This document shows, piece after piece, positions 16,240 through 29,688 of a stretch of DNA of 64,000 nucleotides (its first letter is position 1; every line of letters starts with the position of its first letter). Under the pieces are notes generated by a model, which saw nothing but the letters and a program-made list of their open reading frames with translations, made no database searches and had not been told where the DNA came from. The stretch spans positions 119,233,741 through 119,297,740 of the forward strand of contig CM041465.1 of the NCBI GenBank assembly GCA_023213395.1, given 5' to 3'. Source of the stretch: Cycas panzhihuaensis. Taxonomy: Eukaryota; Plantae; Cycadophyta. The translations under genes were made by a program, and so were the position numbers.

Positions 16240-17163
16240 CCTCCTCACTCCTAAGTTTGCCAAAATATAATTAAAGACAATTTCAACTAATAGGGGAGAG
16301 AAAGAAAGCCTCAAGTCTTATCACTTCTTTATAACATGCAATGAAATAAAGGCACTAATTACACTCCTTCATCTATAATATTAATTACAAATCAAAGCAA
16401 TATATCTATAAAATCTAAAAGCAAACCAAGTGAAACTAACTTTACTAATACTTTCAAGAAATGTTAAAGATAGTGAGGGGCATTAGATATGGCAAACCTC
16501 CACCTCAAATGAGCCCCAAGTGATGAAAAGAACCCTCTAACACCCAATGAAGCACATTCAAGAATGAAAATAAAAGGGGTATGATGTCAAATATAAATAA
16601 AATAAATGTCAAACCATAAGGAAATTATGTTCGAGTTATATAAAATGGTATTAAATTGTATCCTATATGGGATTATCATAAAATAAGTTTGAACATTAGC
16701 TTATGGATTCAAGTTTCAAACCTTAAAGCTTCTTTAATCACTCAAATAATATCTCCTTACTTTAAGAGGGCTCTCTTAAGTATGAAATTAAAGGCTCAAC
16801 ATAAGGGAGAAATTCTAGAGATAATTAGATAGCACTTCATTATAACCAAAATTCCTCCCCTTAAAATGGTGAAATATGACTTGATTTATAAGAGTAGAAG
16901 AGGGGAAATAAGACCCATAGTTTTGAGAAAACTATGGGATAAAACTTATGGTATTGAGTCATATATTTAAAAAAAATTAATGATAGGTGGTTAAAGGGAA
17001 TTTAATGAAATTCTAATAGGAGAGGGAGGTTTCAAAGATTTATTTTTAACCATGGTAAAAAACAAACATGGTTTTGATATAAAGGATGGGGGAGGAATGA
17101 AGTATTAAATCCTTATCCCCTCCCACAAAACTTGTCATAAATTTTTATGGGAGAAAAGTAGAA

Positions 17164-17785
17164 TAAAGTGACAAGTTTTACTTTTCCTAGAATCTCCTAA
17201 GAAAACCCTTTGAAAATAATAACTATGTTAGAAGTATGAAGTGCTCTAATCATATGTGTTAGACTTCTTAACATATATGAGAGATAAAATGTGTTGGAAC
17301 AAGGAAAATAATGCTTCCAAAATGCAGTTAAAATCTATTTGCAAGGTCAGTTATATGTATCATTAGAGAAGGACTAGAAAATAAATAATATAGATGCCAA
17401 AATGCTCTTACTATCACTACACTCTTTAAGGCAAGGTTCCCTCCAAATAGTATAGCCCTACAAGTGAGTAAGCCTTAAGGCTAAATTTATAGTATTCCAA
17501 ACTCAGCTTCAAGATACCCTAATAAAGCCCCAAATCCTCCTTAAATAGGTAGCCAAAAATACTAATATAAGTTAGCTAGAAAATAGGTATAAAACTACCC
17601 AAACTAAGGCTAGAAGTCTGCCAGAACTTTTCTCAAAAACTTACAGGTTGAAATCTTCAAATGATCATAACTTTTGTTATAGATATCAGAATTAACTTTT
17701 GTTTGAACTATTAAAATGTTGGTTTAGAGACCTTTAATTTAAATGGTCATATAGTATAGTTTTGACCATATTTTGGGATGCTATA
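17164..17785 (-). repeat. 3' LTR of the chromovirus
   Basis: Direct repeat of 26457-27084 (~622 vs ~628 bp). Confidence 0.9.
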
Positions 17786-17789
17786 AGTC

Positions 17790-17915
17790 CCTCTCTTTCA
17801 AAAGATACTTTGTCCTTAAAGCATAGGTTGGGTGTTGTTATACCCATTCTTCCAATTCCCATATTAGGTCATCTAAATCTAAACTTTTTCCACTTAATGA
17901 GGTATTCTTTGACCT
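17790..17915 (-). pseudogene. Chromodomain C-terminal part (integrase tail)
   Basis: Reverse strand reads VKEYLIKWK..LDLDDLIWE, matching chromodomain EYLVKW..L...ATWE. The N-terminal part lies at 24219-24300. Confidence 0.75.
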
Positions 17916-17959
17916 ATAGAGAAGCATAGAGTGAGCTAGGGCTCATAGTGAGGAAAGGG

Positions 17960-19880
17960 ATGATCGACGATGACGAAGGTAAATGACAAGCTCTAGTTAG
18001 GGTTCCAACCACAGTCTGATTAATGAAGGTGATGACTTTGGTCTAGAGTAGATGGGTGAGATAGTCCTTGTCAAGCCTTATGGTCTGAGATGATTGCCTC
18101 TTCATATTTTTAGGTGGCAAGCAAAGTTTTACAGTGACCTCTTAAAGCTCGGGGGACCCCTCCATATTTCAAGCCCAGGTCAAGAGCTCCCAGTGAGAAG
18201 GAGCAGGAATCTCCAGTGTAGAGAAGGGTGGCAGACTATGAGGATAACCATTAGTGGTCAAGTATGGATTTCAAGAACTCATGAGAGACATGTAGAATCA
18301 CATATGCTATATGGAGTGCTAAATAGCTATAGGGAAGAAGGGGGCAAGGTTGTGGCCCCAAAGATCCAACAACAGTGAGGTACAACTGGCATGAGACATA
18401 CAAGAATCTGAGATCATAAACTGGTGAGATCTAATATTTCATTTAAGATTTATGATCCTATATGGAGGATAAAGTTATGGGCTCTCATATTAATTAGATA
18501 GATTAACAAACTACTTTCAATTAGACCCACTCTCCCTTAAGGAAGAAATCTTACCTTGATATTTTGAGTAATGGTGATGTAGAAACTTTTGACATAAACC
18601 CTATTCTGGAAAATGATAAGATCAGAATCCCAGTTCTAAAATATTTATCTAACAGGCTGGAAAAACATTGGGGTAACAATCTAGTAGGGCATTTCTCAAG
18701 CCCTAGGCTGGGCATGGACCCAATTAGGAAATGGGTTACCCAATGTTAGAAACTGAAGGGTTTGGTAGAGGTTATTGCACTCTTGAGAGGGTGTGTTCTT
18801 TTCAAGTTCTCCCATCATGAGGATATGGTTAATACCCTCTTAAAATTGCCCTAAATAATGGGTAGGAAGGAAGTGCTAATAGAGAAATGGAATCTAAAAT
18901 TTGATCCATCTGAAGGATCCATCAAGAAAATCCCCTTATGGGTTCAATTACCAGGCCTTCCTCTTAATGCATAGGATCTTGATGTTATTAAAGGGGTAGC
19001 AAAGACGATATGACCCCTCGTGGAAGTAGAATCAACCATGAAGAATAAGAGTAGATTAGTTAATGCTAGGTTCTATCCATTAGCCAGAATTAACAAACAC
19101 CTTCCTAATTAGGTGTTTATAGAGGGATTTGGGTGGAACAAAGAACAAAAATTGGTGTATGAACTTTAAAATATGAGATGTTAAAAATGCAAAAGTCTAG
19201 GACATCTCCTTTTTAGCTATCCAGGAGAACCAAAGCCAACTCCCTTGGTTCATTAGGATGGAATGAAATTCCAAAGGGAAAGGAGGAACAAGGAGGCCTT
19301 ATTGTGGGTCCTGAAGAGACTAAAGGGAAAGAGATTTCCCAGATGGAGGAGGATCTTATACCTGACCTTCCAGAGGCTGGTTAGAGGGGCAATCAATTAG
19401 AGCTAGGGTAAGATTTAAATTTAGAAGAGGAAGACACCCTTTTTGAAGAAGAGGTGGTTGATTTGAGTGCCTTACCAGAGGCCCCATAGCTTCAACTTGC
19501 AAAATCCCAGATGGATTTGGATAAGGAACTCCCACAAGAGGAAGAAGGGCCTACCCTAGAGAGACATGAGGAGTGCCTCCCATAAGAGATAGAAGGGCCT
19601 AACCCAAAAAGACATGAGGAGCAAAGGAAATTAGAGAAGGTATGGAAGGTTAGAGATGTGGGGAACCAAGGAGTTGCCAAGCATGCTAACACCCCAAGAG
19701 TGCCATATTTTGGTAGCGAGAAGAGATTAGGGAGGCCATCTTCAAAGGTGTTATGAGAGAGGGAGACAATGCTCCAGATAGACCAAGGGACACAATGAAC
19801 CCTAAGGGATAGAGGACCAAGGCAGGGGCCCAAAACAAGAAGTAAGAGATGAGGGAGGTTAAGGGTCATGAAGGGCGGTA
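17960..19880 (+). pseudogene. LINE ORF1 (DUF4283 / zinc-knuckle type) remnant
   Basis: W.NNLVGHF...IRKWV and IPLWVQLPGLPL motifs, decayed C..C..LGH knuckle at ~19180, then acidic/basic low-complexity tail. Confidence 0.8.
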
Positions 19881-19886
19881 GTTATC

Positions 19887-22800
19887 ATGAAACTTACCTC
19901 CTATAATATTTTGGGTGTAAATGCCCTATCAAAATATAAAATGGTTCGGGAGCTACAAAGCTAAATAAAGCTGGATATCCTCCTGCTTCAAGAAACTAAA
20001 TTGTTAGCTAAGAATAGAGCGAACATTAAAAATAAAATATGGAAAGGGTCTGAATGGTTAACTTCAAATCAGAATAGAGGTTATAGTGTCTTAGCTACTT
20101 TATGGAACCCTAGAGGATGGGAGGTTGAGGCCTTTCTCATTGTGGATCACTTCATATCTTGTTGGTTAACAAGAAAGAATTCCAGTAGTAAGTGGCTAGT
20201 CACCAATGTATATGCCCCCTATTATAGGAGGGGAGGAAACTCTTATAGGACAAGATGTTGGAGGTCCATAAGGAGTGGCTAGGCCCCTAGTTGATCACAA
20301 GGGATTTTAATATGGACCTATCCCTTGATGAAAAAAAAGGGGGTCAGATAGAGTAAATGAAAAGTATGAAGGACCTGGGGGCCTTTATGTAGAAGGGAGG
20401 TTTGATGGATGTCCCCTTAAAAGGCCCTAAATTTACCTAGTCAAATAAGAGACTAGGAGCCAGCCACATCCAGGTAAGATTGAATAGAGTGGTAGCTAAC
20501 GTTTCCTGGTTTATCTAGTAGAGTAACATTAGTCTAGAAGCTCTGCCAAAGATAGCTTTGGATCACTCCCCGTTCACTTTGGGCTGGGATAAGCCCAAGG
20601 GTCATAAGGGTGCTCCCTTTTATTTTGAGCTAATATGGACAAAGGACCTTGGCCTTCATAACTTATTATCAGAGTGGTGGAGCACCCTTGCACATGGTTG
20701 TGCCATGTGCAGATTCTCAATAAAACTAAATAAGGTGAAGTGACAGATAAAGGATTGGAATAAGACCTCACACAAGGATATTTTTCTTAAAAGAGATATA
20801 ATTTTGGAAGAGTTAAAGGGTCTTGAAGAGCAAATTTAGGGGTAAGGAAGGACCATTCCCCTTAACCAAAAAGAAAGAAGACTTCTCTCTGATCTAAAAG
20901 GAGTCTTGATCAAGGAAGAAATATTTTGGAGATAAAAGTCTAGAGCCCTATGGTTGGCAGAGGGGGACAGGAATACCAAATTCTTCTATATGACTACTAT
21001 AAAACACATAGTGTGTATCCACATCAAATACCTACTAAATAAGGATGGGGAGGAGATTGAGCAGGATAACATAAAAGGAGTAGATATGGAGTATTTCATG
21101 GACTTATATAATGAGTTGGGTTATGTGGATGAGGAGGCTAGGAAGGAGGTGTTAGCCTTGATCCCCAATAAGGTGGGATGCACCATGAACAGAGCTCTTG
21201 AAACCCTCTTCTCATCGGACAAGGTGAGGAAAGCAATGTTTGGTATAAAGAGAGAGAAAGTCTCGAGACTTGATGGGTTTCATCCAGGGTTTTACTAAGA
21301 ATACTAGGATATCATTAAAGATGACTTCCTCAAAGTTGTAAAGGAATTTTTTGAAAATGGTAAGATTTATGGAGAATGGAAGGCTACTTTCCTAGTTCTA
21401 ATTCCTAAGAAAGGTGATGGGAAGAGAATGGAAGATTTTAGGCCCATCAGCCTATGTAATGTGAAGTATAAAATTTTAGCTAAGATCTTGGCCAATAGGT
21501 TGAAGGAATTCCTTCCTATCGTTATAGGACCCAACCAAGATAGTTTTATTAAGGGGATATAGAACTTTGATGGTATCATAATGGTTTATAAAATGGTCCA
21601 CTCGACTTATGAGAGGAAAGAACTCAGGATGATTATTAAGATAGATCTTTCTAAGGCTTATGATAGGGTCTCGTGGGGCTGTCTGCTTGACTACATATAT
21701 GCTTTTAACTTTGGAGATCAATGGAGAAAATAGATCGAGAGTTGTATCTCTAAGACTAGCTTCTTAGTCATTATAAATGGCTCATCCATAGCTTTAATTC
21801 CAAGTTATAGAGGTCTCATATAAGGGAACCCTCTAGCCCTTTATCTATTTATAATCATGGTTGAATTAATAGGCAGGTCCATGGAGGAAGCAAGGAGATC
21901 CAAGAAGATAGCTAGGCTAAATCCCACTTCGAGGTTGATAATGTTTTCCATAGACACTTTGTGGATGATAACATTCTCTTAAGTAGGGCCTCTATTAAGG
22001 AAACTAAGGCTATTAAAGAACAATTAGAGAGATTTAAGATAGCCATGAACTAGAAGGTAAACATAGACAAGAGCAGTATTTTCTTTCTGAACACTCTAGA
22101 TAGGACACAAAGGGTTATAATCAAGATTTTGGAGATGCCCATCAGGGCCCTTCCAACTTGGTATCTAGGTATGCCTTTTTTTATAGGTAGAATGTAGAAG
22201 GACTTTTGGAATCTGATCATTAGCCAGGTGTAAAGGAATCTAGCTTGCTAGAAAGGAGACTTACTAAGTTAGGCAGGCAAACTTTAATTATTGTTGGCAT
22301 CCCTTCAGAGTATTCCTACTTATATGATGTCTCTATTCAGGTGCCTTGTGAAGGTCATAAATGCCTTAGAGACTATCCAAAAAGGATTTTTTTGGTCTAG
22401 GACTGAGGATGGGTAGAGAATCCATTTGGTGGCTTGGGAGAAAGTTTACTATCCCAAATGGGTAGGAGGCCTAAACGTTAAGGACATAACTTACTTCAGC
22501 AGGGCTCTAGTAGCCAAACTAGGATGGAGCCTCACCACTAAGGAGGAGAGGCTTTGGTACAAGATTGTGGCTAGGAAATACCTTAGGGATAATTAATTTT
22601 TAAATTATACCTCCTCTGGAAATCAGGGATTAGTTATTTGGAGGAGCTTATTAGCTATGAGGAAGATGATAATGAAGGGGGCCCAATGGTCTTTAGGCAA
22701 TGGAAATTTTATTGATTTTTGGGAGGACACGTAGTGTGGCAAAACCTAGTTATTTAAGAATCCTACCCTTGCCCCCTTATAGGCAGACTGTGTGAGCCTC

Positions 22801-24076
22801 TACGGGAACAAAGTGGAAGATTACTGGGAAATTTAGGATGATGAGAAAAATTGGAGAAACTTTGAAGAAATTCCCCATGCCCTAGAAGGTGAGCAATAGA
22901 TCTCCACTCTCAGGAATGAGATCAATAAGATATATATCTCTAGATTTCCAAAGGAAGATGTATATTCTAGTCGGGGTCCAAGTTTAGGATCTATATGGTA
23001 AAATCTATATATCTGTCTCTGATTTTAGAGAAAGGACTTAATGGGAATAAGCTCCTAGGCAAAGTGTGGAATATAGGGTTACTCCCAAAGATTACTATTT
23101 TTCAGTGGTTGTGTCTCAAAAACAAGATTCTTACCTTAGATAACCTAAGGAAGAGAGGTTATTCACTGGTGAATAGATGCATTCTTTGTTTATAAGAGGA
23201 CAAGTCCATGGATCATCTTTTCTTGCATTACTCTTATATTAGGGAGGTGTGGTTGAAGTTGTGGAACTCCTTTGGGGTTCTCTAGATCCTTCCTAATACT
23301 GTTAAGAATCTAGTTGAGCCTTGGGTCTGCCCCTTTAGATGCAAGACCCTGAGCTCCTTATGGATCCCCTCCTTACCTACAATGGCTTGGAACATATGGA
23401 AAGAGAGGAATAGGTGCATCTTCCTAGAAAAAAGAATGAACAAAAAGAAACTTTTTAGGACCATTATGGTGGCCCTGAGGGAGAACCACAAGGAAGGGGA
23501 GGAAGTCACTATTTATCCTAATGAAAGGAAGATCCTCACAAATTAGGACATTGAGAATATTAAAGTAAAACTTATAGAGGCGAGGCAAGGGCTTTGGAGC
23601 CCCCGCCACAAGATTGGGCAAAGGTAAACTTCGATGGAGAATCAAAAGGTAATCCTAGCAAGGCTAGGGATGATGGTATTTGTAGAGAAAAAGAATGCAA
23701 GATCATTTGGGCCTTTGTGGAATATTATGGTATCTAGACTAACCATAAGGGAGAGTTCGAAGTGATGCACAGAGTAGTGGACCTTGTCTTTAGAGAGGGA
23801 TACTCAAGAGTCATAGTGGAAGGGGATTTAATGAACGTGATAAAACTTATCAGAGGGGAAACAGAGCTAGATTGGAAGCACCGAGCTATGATCAATGATA
23901 TGAAGATGATGTTTCAAAGAAAAGATAATGCTCAGGTGAGCCACACTTATAGGGAAAGAAATAAGGTTATTGATATGTTAGCTAATTGGGGTGTCCAATC
24001 CAGAAGATTTAAGGTTTAGAAGGAAGATTTTCCTAAAGAGATTATGGGTCTATTTAGAAAGGATGTGCAAGGTTAA
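19887..24076 (+). pseudogene. LINE ORF2: AP endonuclease, reverse transcriptase, zf-RVT, RNase H (stops and frameshifts)
   Basis: MKLTSYNI, LLQETK, NVYAP, GDFN-like, DHSP, EGDRNTKFF, FRPISLCNV.YKILAKILANRL, KIDLSKAYDRV, FVDD, YLGMP, KILTLDNLRKRG...RCILC, VNFDGESKGNP, VEGD, HTYRE.N...D.LANWG. Confidence 0.95.
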
Positions 24077-24304
24077 GATGTAGTGAAGGTTAGCTTAGCA
24101 TTCTTTGTTTAGCTAGGTTGTGGGCTTGTCACGGCTAATTTGTGGTGTCATTTTGGTAGATCTTGTATGGGGTTGGGGTCTCCTTTTTAACCACCATTTA
24201 TTTAAACCTATAGAAAAAAGGTATTCTTCGACCTTCTTAAACCATAGTTCTTTTGTTCTTATCTATAAAATCATCTATGGTTTAAAGATAATATTCCCTT
24301 ATTT

Positions 24305-26335
24305 CTCTGTAATACAAATCTAATAATATCCTAATCATAAGTTGATTTTTTAAAAATACCATGCTCCATGTATTTCATCTAATAAATCATCTATCCATGG
24401 AATAGGATAATGATTCTTTACCATTAATTATTTAACTCTTAATAATCTATACACATTTGATATGATCTATCCTTTCTAGGATTGACTATGACTAGTGATG
24501 TAAATGAGCTTGAACTAGTTGTGATGTACCCTTGACTTAGTAATTCTCTTATGATATTTTTTATTTTTCTCTTTAGATGATAAGGGTGTCTATAGGGCTA
24601 GATATTTACTAGGGATTCTCTAGGTACTAGCTCAATAGAATGTTGATAATCATATTACGAGGGAAGTCCTTAGGGTTCTTTAAATACTACTCTATGCTCA
24701 TCTATGATCTTTTATACCTTAGTTGGCATATCTTTTATCATTATCTTGTAATAAGTCAAGATATATGTAGATGGATTCTTCTTCAATATATTTTCTATGC
24801 CATGTAAAGATATCAATTATATTAGAGATGTGGGTGATGCATATAGTCTATATTTGCACCCTTTTTATAGAAGCATATGAATCAGGCCATATAGTTTGTA
24901 ACTATATTATCCAACATCTATAACCACTAAATTCCTAAGAATGTGTCTACTCCTCCTATAGGCATTACAAACATACATGTATTTACTAAATAGTCTCTAA
25001 TTTAAAGATCCACCTTTTAACAATAGCCTCCATAATGAGTGGCTTTTTTGTTTGTTATAGATACTTGAAATGTATTCAAAGATTATATTTTTAGTCCTAA
25101 CTTCTTTGTTTTATCCCTATTAATGAAGTTGTACATGCTATCACTATCTACAATTATGGTGACCAAAGCTCCTTTAATCATCCCTTAAAACCTAAGGGTT
25201 TGGGGTATAACACTTTATCCCAGTATAGCTTGTAGCAAAATTTTGACATTCTCAATATTGACTTCTAAAAGTTCATCTACATCTACTTCATCCTCTCAGA
25301 TCTAGTATACTTCTTTTCATTCTTTGTCTAATATTTCTACTTCATCATTATTGATCATAAATACCTTCTTTGTTGGATATTAGTATTCCTTATTCCACTT
25401 CCCTCCACATTTGAAACAAGTCCCTTTTTTGAGATGTTTGGCTCTACTTATTTTATTTATGTCTTTTATTGCCATTAGTAGGTTTACTTTTATGCCCGAT
25501 TTGGTCCCATTTAGATTGGATCCCTATTGCTAGTATGATTCTATTTTGTATGTATAAATAGACCTATTCTCTCTTAATTATACTTCTATGTTCTTCGCAT
25601 ATTAGATTACCTCATGAATATTTAAAGGATTCATATTCTTAATGTGAAAATTGATTATTCCATTTAATCCATTAATGTATATCTCTAAAATGTATTTAGT
25701 TGATCTTCATTCTTGTATTAAATAATGAAGCATCTAGAATTACTCAGTGTATTCTTGGATTATTTTGTTTTATTTTAATCTTATTAATTGAGTCAAATAG
25801 TTGGCATTTCAAAAATTTTCATACTATTTTATTAGTCCTACCTTAAGATAGTTCCATGATTTTGAATGACCCAAATTGTTCTTTTGCCACTAATAAAACC
25901 ATTCTAATGCCCTTCCATATAAGTGTAGAGATGTTATCGGTATCTTTTCTTTATCTAATAATTTATACACTTAGAAGTATGTTTCCATTTATAATAACCA
26001 ACTCTAGATGTTTCTCGATCTTTCTATATCAAATTTTTCTAATATAAATTTGGCTCAACTAAGACCTTGATCTGATTAAAACCCTTGAATCTCCTTAAAT
26101 TCTTTTGTTATTCATTCCCTTGGGTATCTTGATCTAGGAATTCTTCATTGATTTCTTCTATGTCTTGGTGTTTCTTTGATGATGACTCTCCCTCTTGTAG
26201 ATCCAACCTCTTATTTAAAGTTTTAAATGAAGCCTAAATGCTTTTCATGGAAGTGATAAGCTCTAATGACAAGTGGGATAATGCTTCTTCTATCCCACTT
26301 CCTCCTTTTATTATTGTTGGTTGGTGGTTCACCAT
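24305..26335 (-). pseudogene. Gypsy gag-protease-RT N-terminus remnant
   Basis: Reverse strand: GTCFKCGGKW (~25400-25430) and MCIDY*ELN...KNHYPIPWIDDLLDEIHGAWYF..INL*LGYY*I (24310-24480). Confidence 0.85.
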
Positions 26336-26456
26336 CTTGTTAGAGATAAGAGTTTTTTCTGATCATAGTTCCATCCATTGGTGGGTGGAGGAATTGGGCC
26401 AATTTTTTATAGATTAACTTTGAAGTCCTACTTTGAAATAAAGCTTTAATATCACT

Positions 26457-27084
26457 CGAAGTGATAATTTTTTCTTATCCAATAACTCCTTGTGAAATCC
26501 TTTGAATATAATAACTCTATTGAAAGTATGAAGTGCTCTAATCATATATGTCAGACCTCTTGACATAAATTGGAGATGAAAAGAGCTAGAACAAGGAAAA
26601 TAATACTTCCAAAATATAGCTCAAATTTATTTACAAGGGTAATAATGTGTATCATTAGAGAAGGACTAGAAATTGGATGATATAGATGCCAAAATACTCT
26701 TATTATTTCTATTCTCTTTGAGGCAAGGTTCCCTCCAAATAGTGCAGCCTTAAGGGAAAGTAAATAGCATCCTTAAGGATAAATTTATAGTAGTACAAAC
26801 TCAACTCTAAAATGCCCAAATTAGGCTCTAAATCCTCCTTAAATAAGTAGCCAAAGATACTAATACAAGTTAGCTAGAAAAGGGGTATAAACCTACCCAA
26901 AACCAAGACTCGAAGTTGGCCAAAACTTTTCCTAAAAACTAGCAAGCTAAAATCTTCAAATAGTTATAACTTTTGTTATAAATGTAAAAATTGACTTTTA
27001 TCTAAACTATTAGAATCTTAATTTAGAGACCTTCAATTTGAATGGACACATGGTATAAATTTGACTATATTTTAGGATGCTACA
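26457..27084 (-). repeat. 5' LTR of the chromovirus
   Basis: Direct repeat of 17164-17785, adjacent to PBS complement and TSD. Confidence 0.9.
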
Positions 27085-27869
27085 TAGAAAAAGTATAATA
27101 AATATGAGAAGAATGCCCTCTCATGATTTTGTACTAGGGTGTCGTGCCTTTTTTTTAAGAATGGGGTGTGATATCTCATTATAAGTCAAAATAAGACATC
27201 ATACTCCATTGTCAATTTCAAAGCTAGACATTATATCCAACTATGAATTTGATAATGGGATGTGAAATTTAGTCACCAAAACATTTATAATAGGATGTGA
27301 TGCACCACTATAGTTTTATAATGGTGCATCATATCTGGCTTTGAATTTCTTAACAAAGTAAGATTTTAAATAGGTCTAGTGAAAAATCTATAATATTAAA
27401 GAAAAAAAGTAAATTCCTAAAAGAAGAAAATAATGAAATTTATTAAACAAAAGATAATATAAAGTTGCTAGAGGATAATTACTTATCAAATAAGGCTCAA
27501 GTGGATAATTTTATTATACCATTAATCTATCTTTATCCTTATTGGCTAAGTTACTCATATACTTATCACTAAAACAATAAGAAAATATTAGTAGTATAGA
27601 TATAAAAGCTTGAAATCAATTGAAATAAAAGCAACAAATACATAATTGGCTTACCTATGTCATGATAGATGTTAGAATCCTAATTTTTAAGAAATATTTC
27701 TTTCCCATGGTAGTAGAACCTCTTTAGACTAGTGTTGTAAGATGGAAAATATTGACAATAATTTCCAATAGTTTGTGTGTTTATTTAGTAAAGTGGTTAG
27801 GAAGGGTAGTGATGGAGGAATATCTTAGAAGCTATGCCCCCATGAGAAGCTTAGTGACAAGGTATTACT

Positions 27870-28080
27870 ATAATTTAGCCTCCTTAACAAGAGTTTAAAT
27901 AATATTTCCTTTAGTTTAACCTCATCAACAAGGATATTAGAGGTATAGTTACTATAGTTTAGCCTCATTAGTAAAATCTCAAAGAATACCACCTTTTCTC
28001 TAGTCTCACTAGTGAGAACATTAGAGAATGTTACTCTTGGATTAATCTCATTAACAAGAACATCAGAGGGTTAATAGTTT
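27870..28080. repeat. Degenerate ~42-bp tandem repeat (~5 copies)
   Basis: Recurrent tttagcctcattaacaaga-like core. Confidence 0.6.
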
Positions 28081-28357
28081 TAGCTCATTCTAAAGTAATG
28101 TTGCATAGGAGGGAGACTAGTTTAGAAGTCTAATATGTGCAATAGGCTTGGAACCTCTTAATGAATCTCCATTAACACAAGGAGGTTTCCATAATTTATC
28201 CTTATTAATGACTATTTTTTAAAATGAACTTAAGTCAAAGAGGGACTATCTTAGAAGACGAATATTTAATATAGGTTTAAAAGCCCTAAATATTATGGTA
28301 ATAACAAAATGATGGCCATAGTTTACCCTCCTTAGTGATAAGATTTTTGAGGTGGTG

Positions 28358-28430
28358 GTAGTTTAGGCTCATTTTAGAGCATTGGTAATTTAAGTTCATT
28401 GTAGAGCATTAGTAGTTTAAGCTCATTATG
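28358..28430. repeat. 27-bp tandem repeat (~3 copies)
   Basis: gtagtttaggctcattttagagcattg unit repeated. Confidence 0.7.
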
Positions 28431-29540
28431 AAATAATATTATGTATAAAAGATACAAGATTAAAAGATTAATCTTTTTAAGGGGCTTGAAATTCCCAAAG
28501 AAGAGAGCTAGCTCACTATAGACATAGTCAAGGATATGAGTTTGACTATTTTGTTTTATTTCTATAGATATGTTAAATGGTTATTGAAGAAAATTAGGCT
28601 AATAGGGACTTAGTTGTATTTATAAGGGTAGATGACTGAGGATAATAGATTGGGTATATATATATATATATAAGTTGGAAGACAACTAGTTAGGAGTTAG
28701 AAAGTGATAAAACAAGGCCATTATTGACTTAAGGAACCTTAGTTAAGGCCTTAATAATTATCATGTATTCAACTATATTATTGGTTGCTATTAGGATGAA
28801 CATTCTTAAACTTGTCAAAACATGGCCTATTTAGGCACGAATGATGTAGGTGATAATAAAGGGTATAGGGTATCATAGCTCTCTTTATCAATATGAATGA
28901 TAAGTTCCATGGGAATCCAATGGTGGCTCAAAGATGGCCTAATAAATATAGAAAAAGGTACCAAAATTAAATAGCAAGAAATGATTTCACATTTTTAGGC
29001 CCTACTTTGATTACTAATTTAATTAGGAATGGGCCCTGTGGGTGGCCCTTTATCACATTAGCTACAAGTTCTAAAGTTCTTAATTTTATCTTCTTAATTT
29101 TAGATAGGTTTTGATCATGAATGTGGCTATGATAGACCCAAATAATTAGATCTAAAGATCTCGAATGACTTACATGACTAGATTCTAACTATGTATTATA
29201 AGTGGGGATGACTTACCTTAGACACAAAATAGGTGGAATAAGTAGAACTATATATTTATATGTGTATGTGTGCTTGTATTATGTTTCTCTTCTTTTATCT
29301 TTCTTTAGTGTATGTATATTTCTTTTTTTTCTTTTTTATTTTTGTTTTATTTTAGGAGGGTTTCACATCATATGATGGTTTAGTTTAAGGACCTAACTTT
29401 GAGTTGACTAGATTTTCATACACTTCTTTCATAGGTTACATCTAATCATGATGCTTTTCACTTATGTACATATGTGTATAAAGACTTCTTTTAGCTCTTA
29501 TCTATTATACCAATGAAATATTCTTTTTACTTCATAGTAT

Positions 29541-29688
29541 CTATTCATCCTGTATAAGGTTGAAGCCATTTCTTGCTCCACCAAGTATTAGAGGTGCATC
29601 ATCTAGTTTACATTTATGTTCCTATTCACCCTATATAAGGTGGAAGCCATTCCTTGCTCCACCAAGTGTTAGGAGTGCACCATTTAGT
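29541..29688. repeat. Tandem duplication, period 81 bp
   Basis: ctattca.cct.tataaggt.gaagccatt.cttgctccaccaagt occurs at 29541 and 29622. Confidence 0.85.

Larger units (their letters stand above)
17916..24218 (+). mobile_element. Full-length L1-clade LINE with RNase H (decayed)
   Basis: 16-bp TSD aggtattctttgacct (17900-15) / aggtattcttcgacct (24219-34), short A tail, ORF1 and ORF2 motifs. Confidence 0.95.
17164..27084 (-). mobile_element. Ty3/Gypsy chromovirus deletion derivative hosting a LINE
   Basis: LTRs 17164-17785 and 26457-27084; TSD TAGAA (17159-63 / 27085-89); PBS-like complement gctttaatatca (26443-54); PPT complement ccctctctttc after 17785; gag CFKCGGKW knuckle, RT N-terminus and chromodomain on the minus strand. 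Confidence 0.9.

Noticed and set aside
19492-19869. 125-aa antisense ORF in the LINE
   Set aside because: Shadow of the purine-rich ORF1 tail with no recognisable domain.
27870-28430. Regularly spaced repeats resembling a CRISPR array
   Set aside because: Degenerate tandem units without unique spacers or cas genes, in eukaryotic context.
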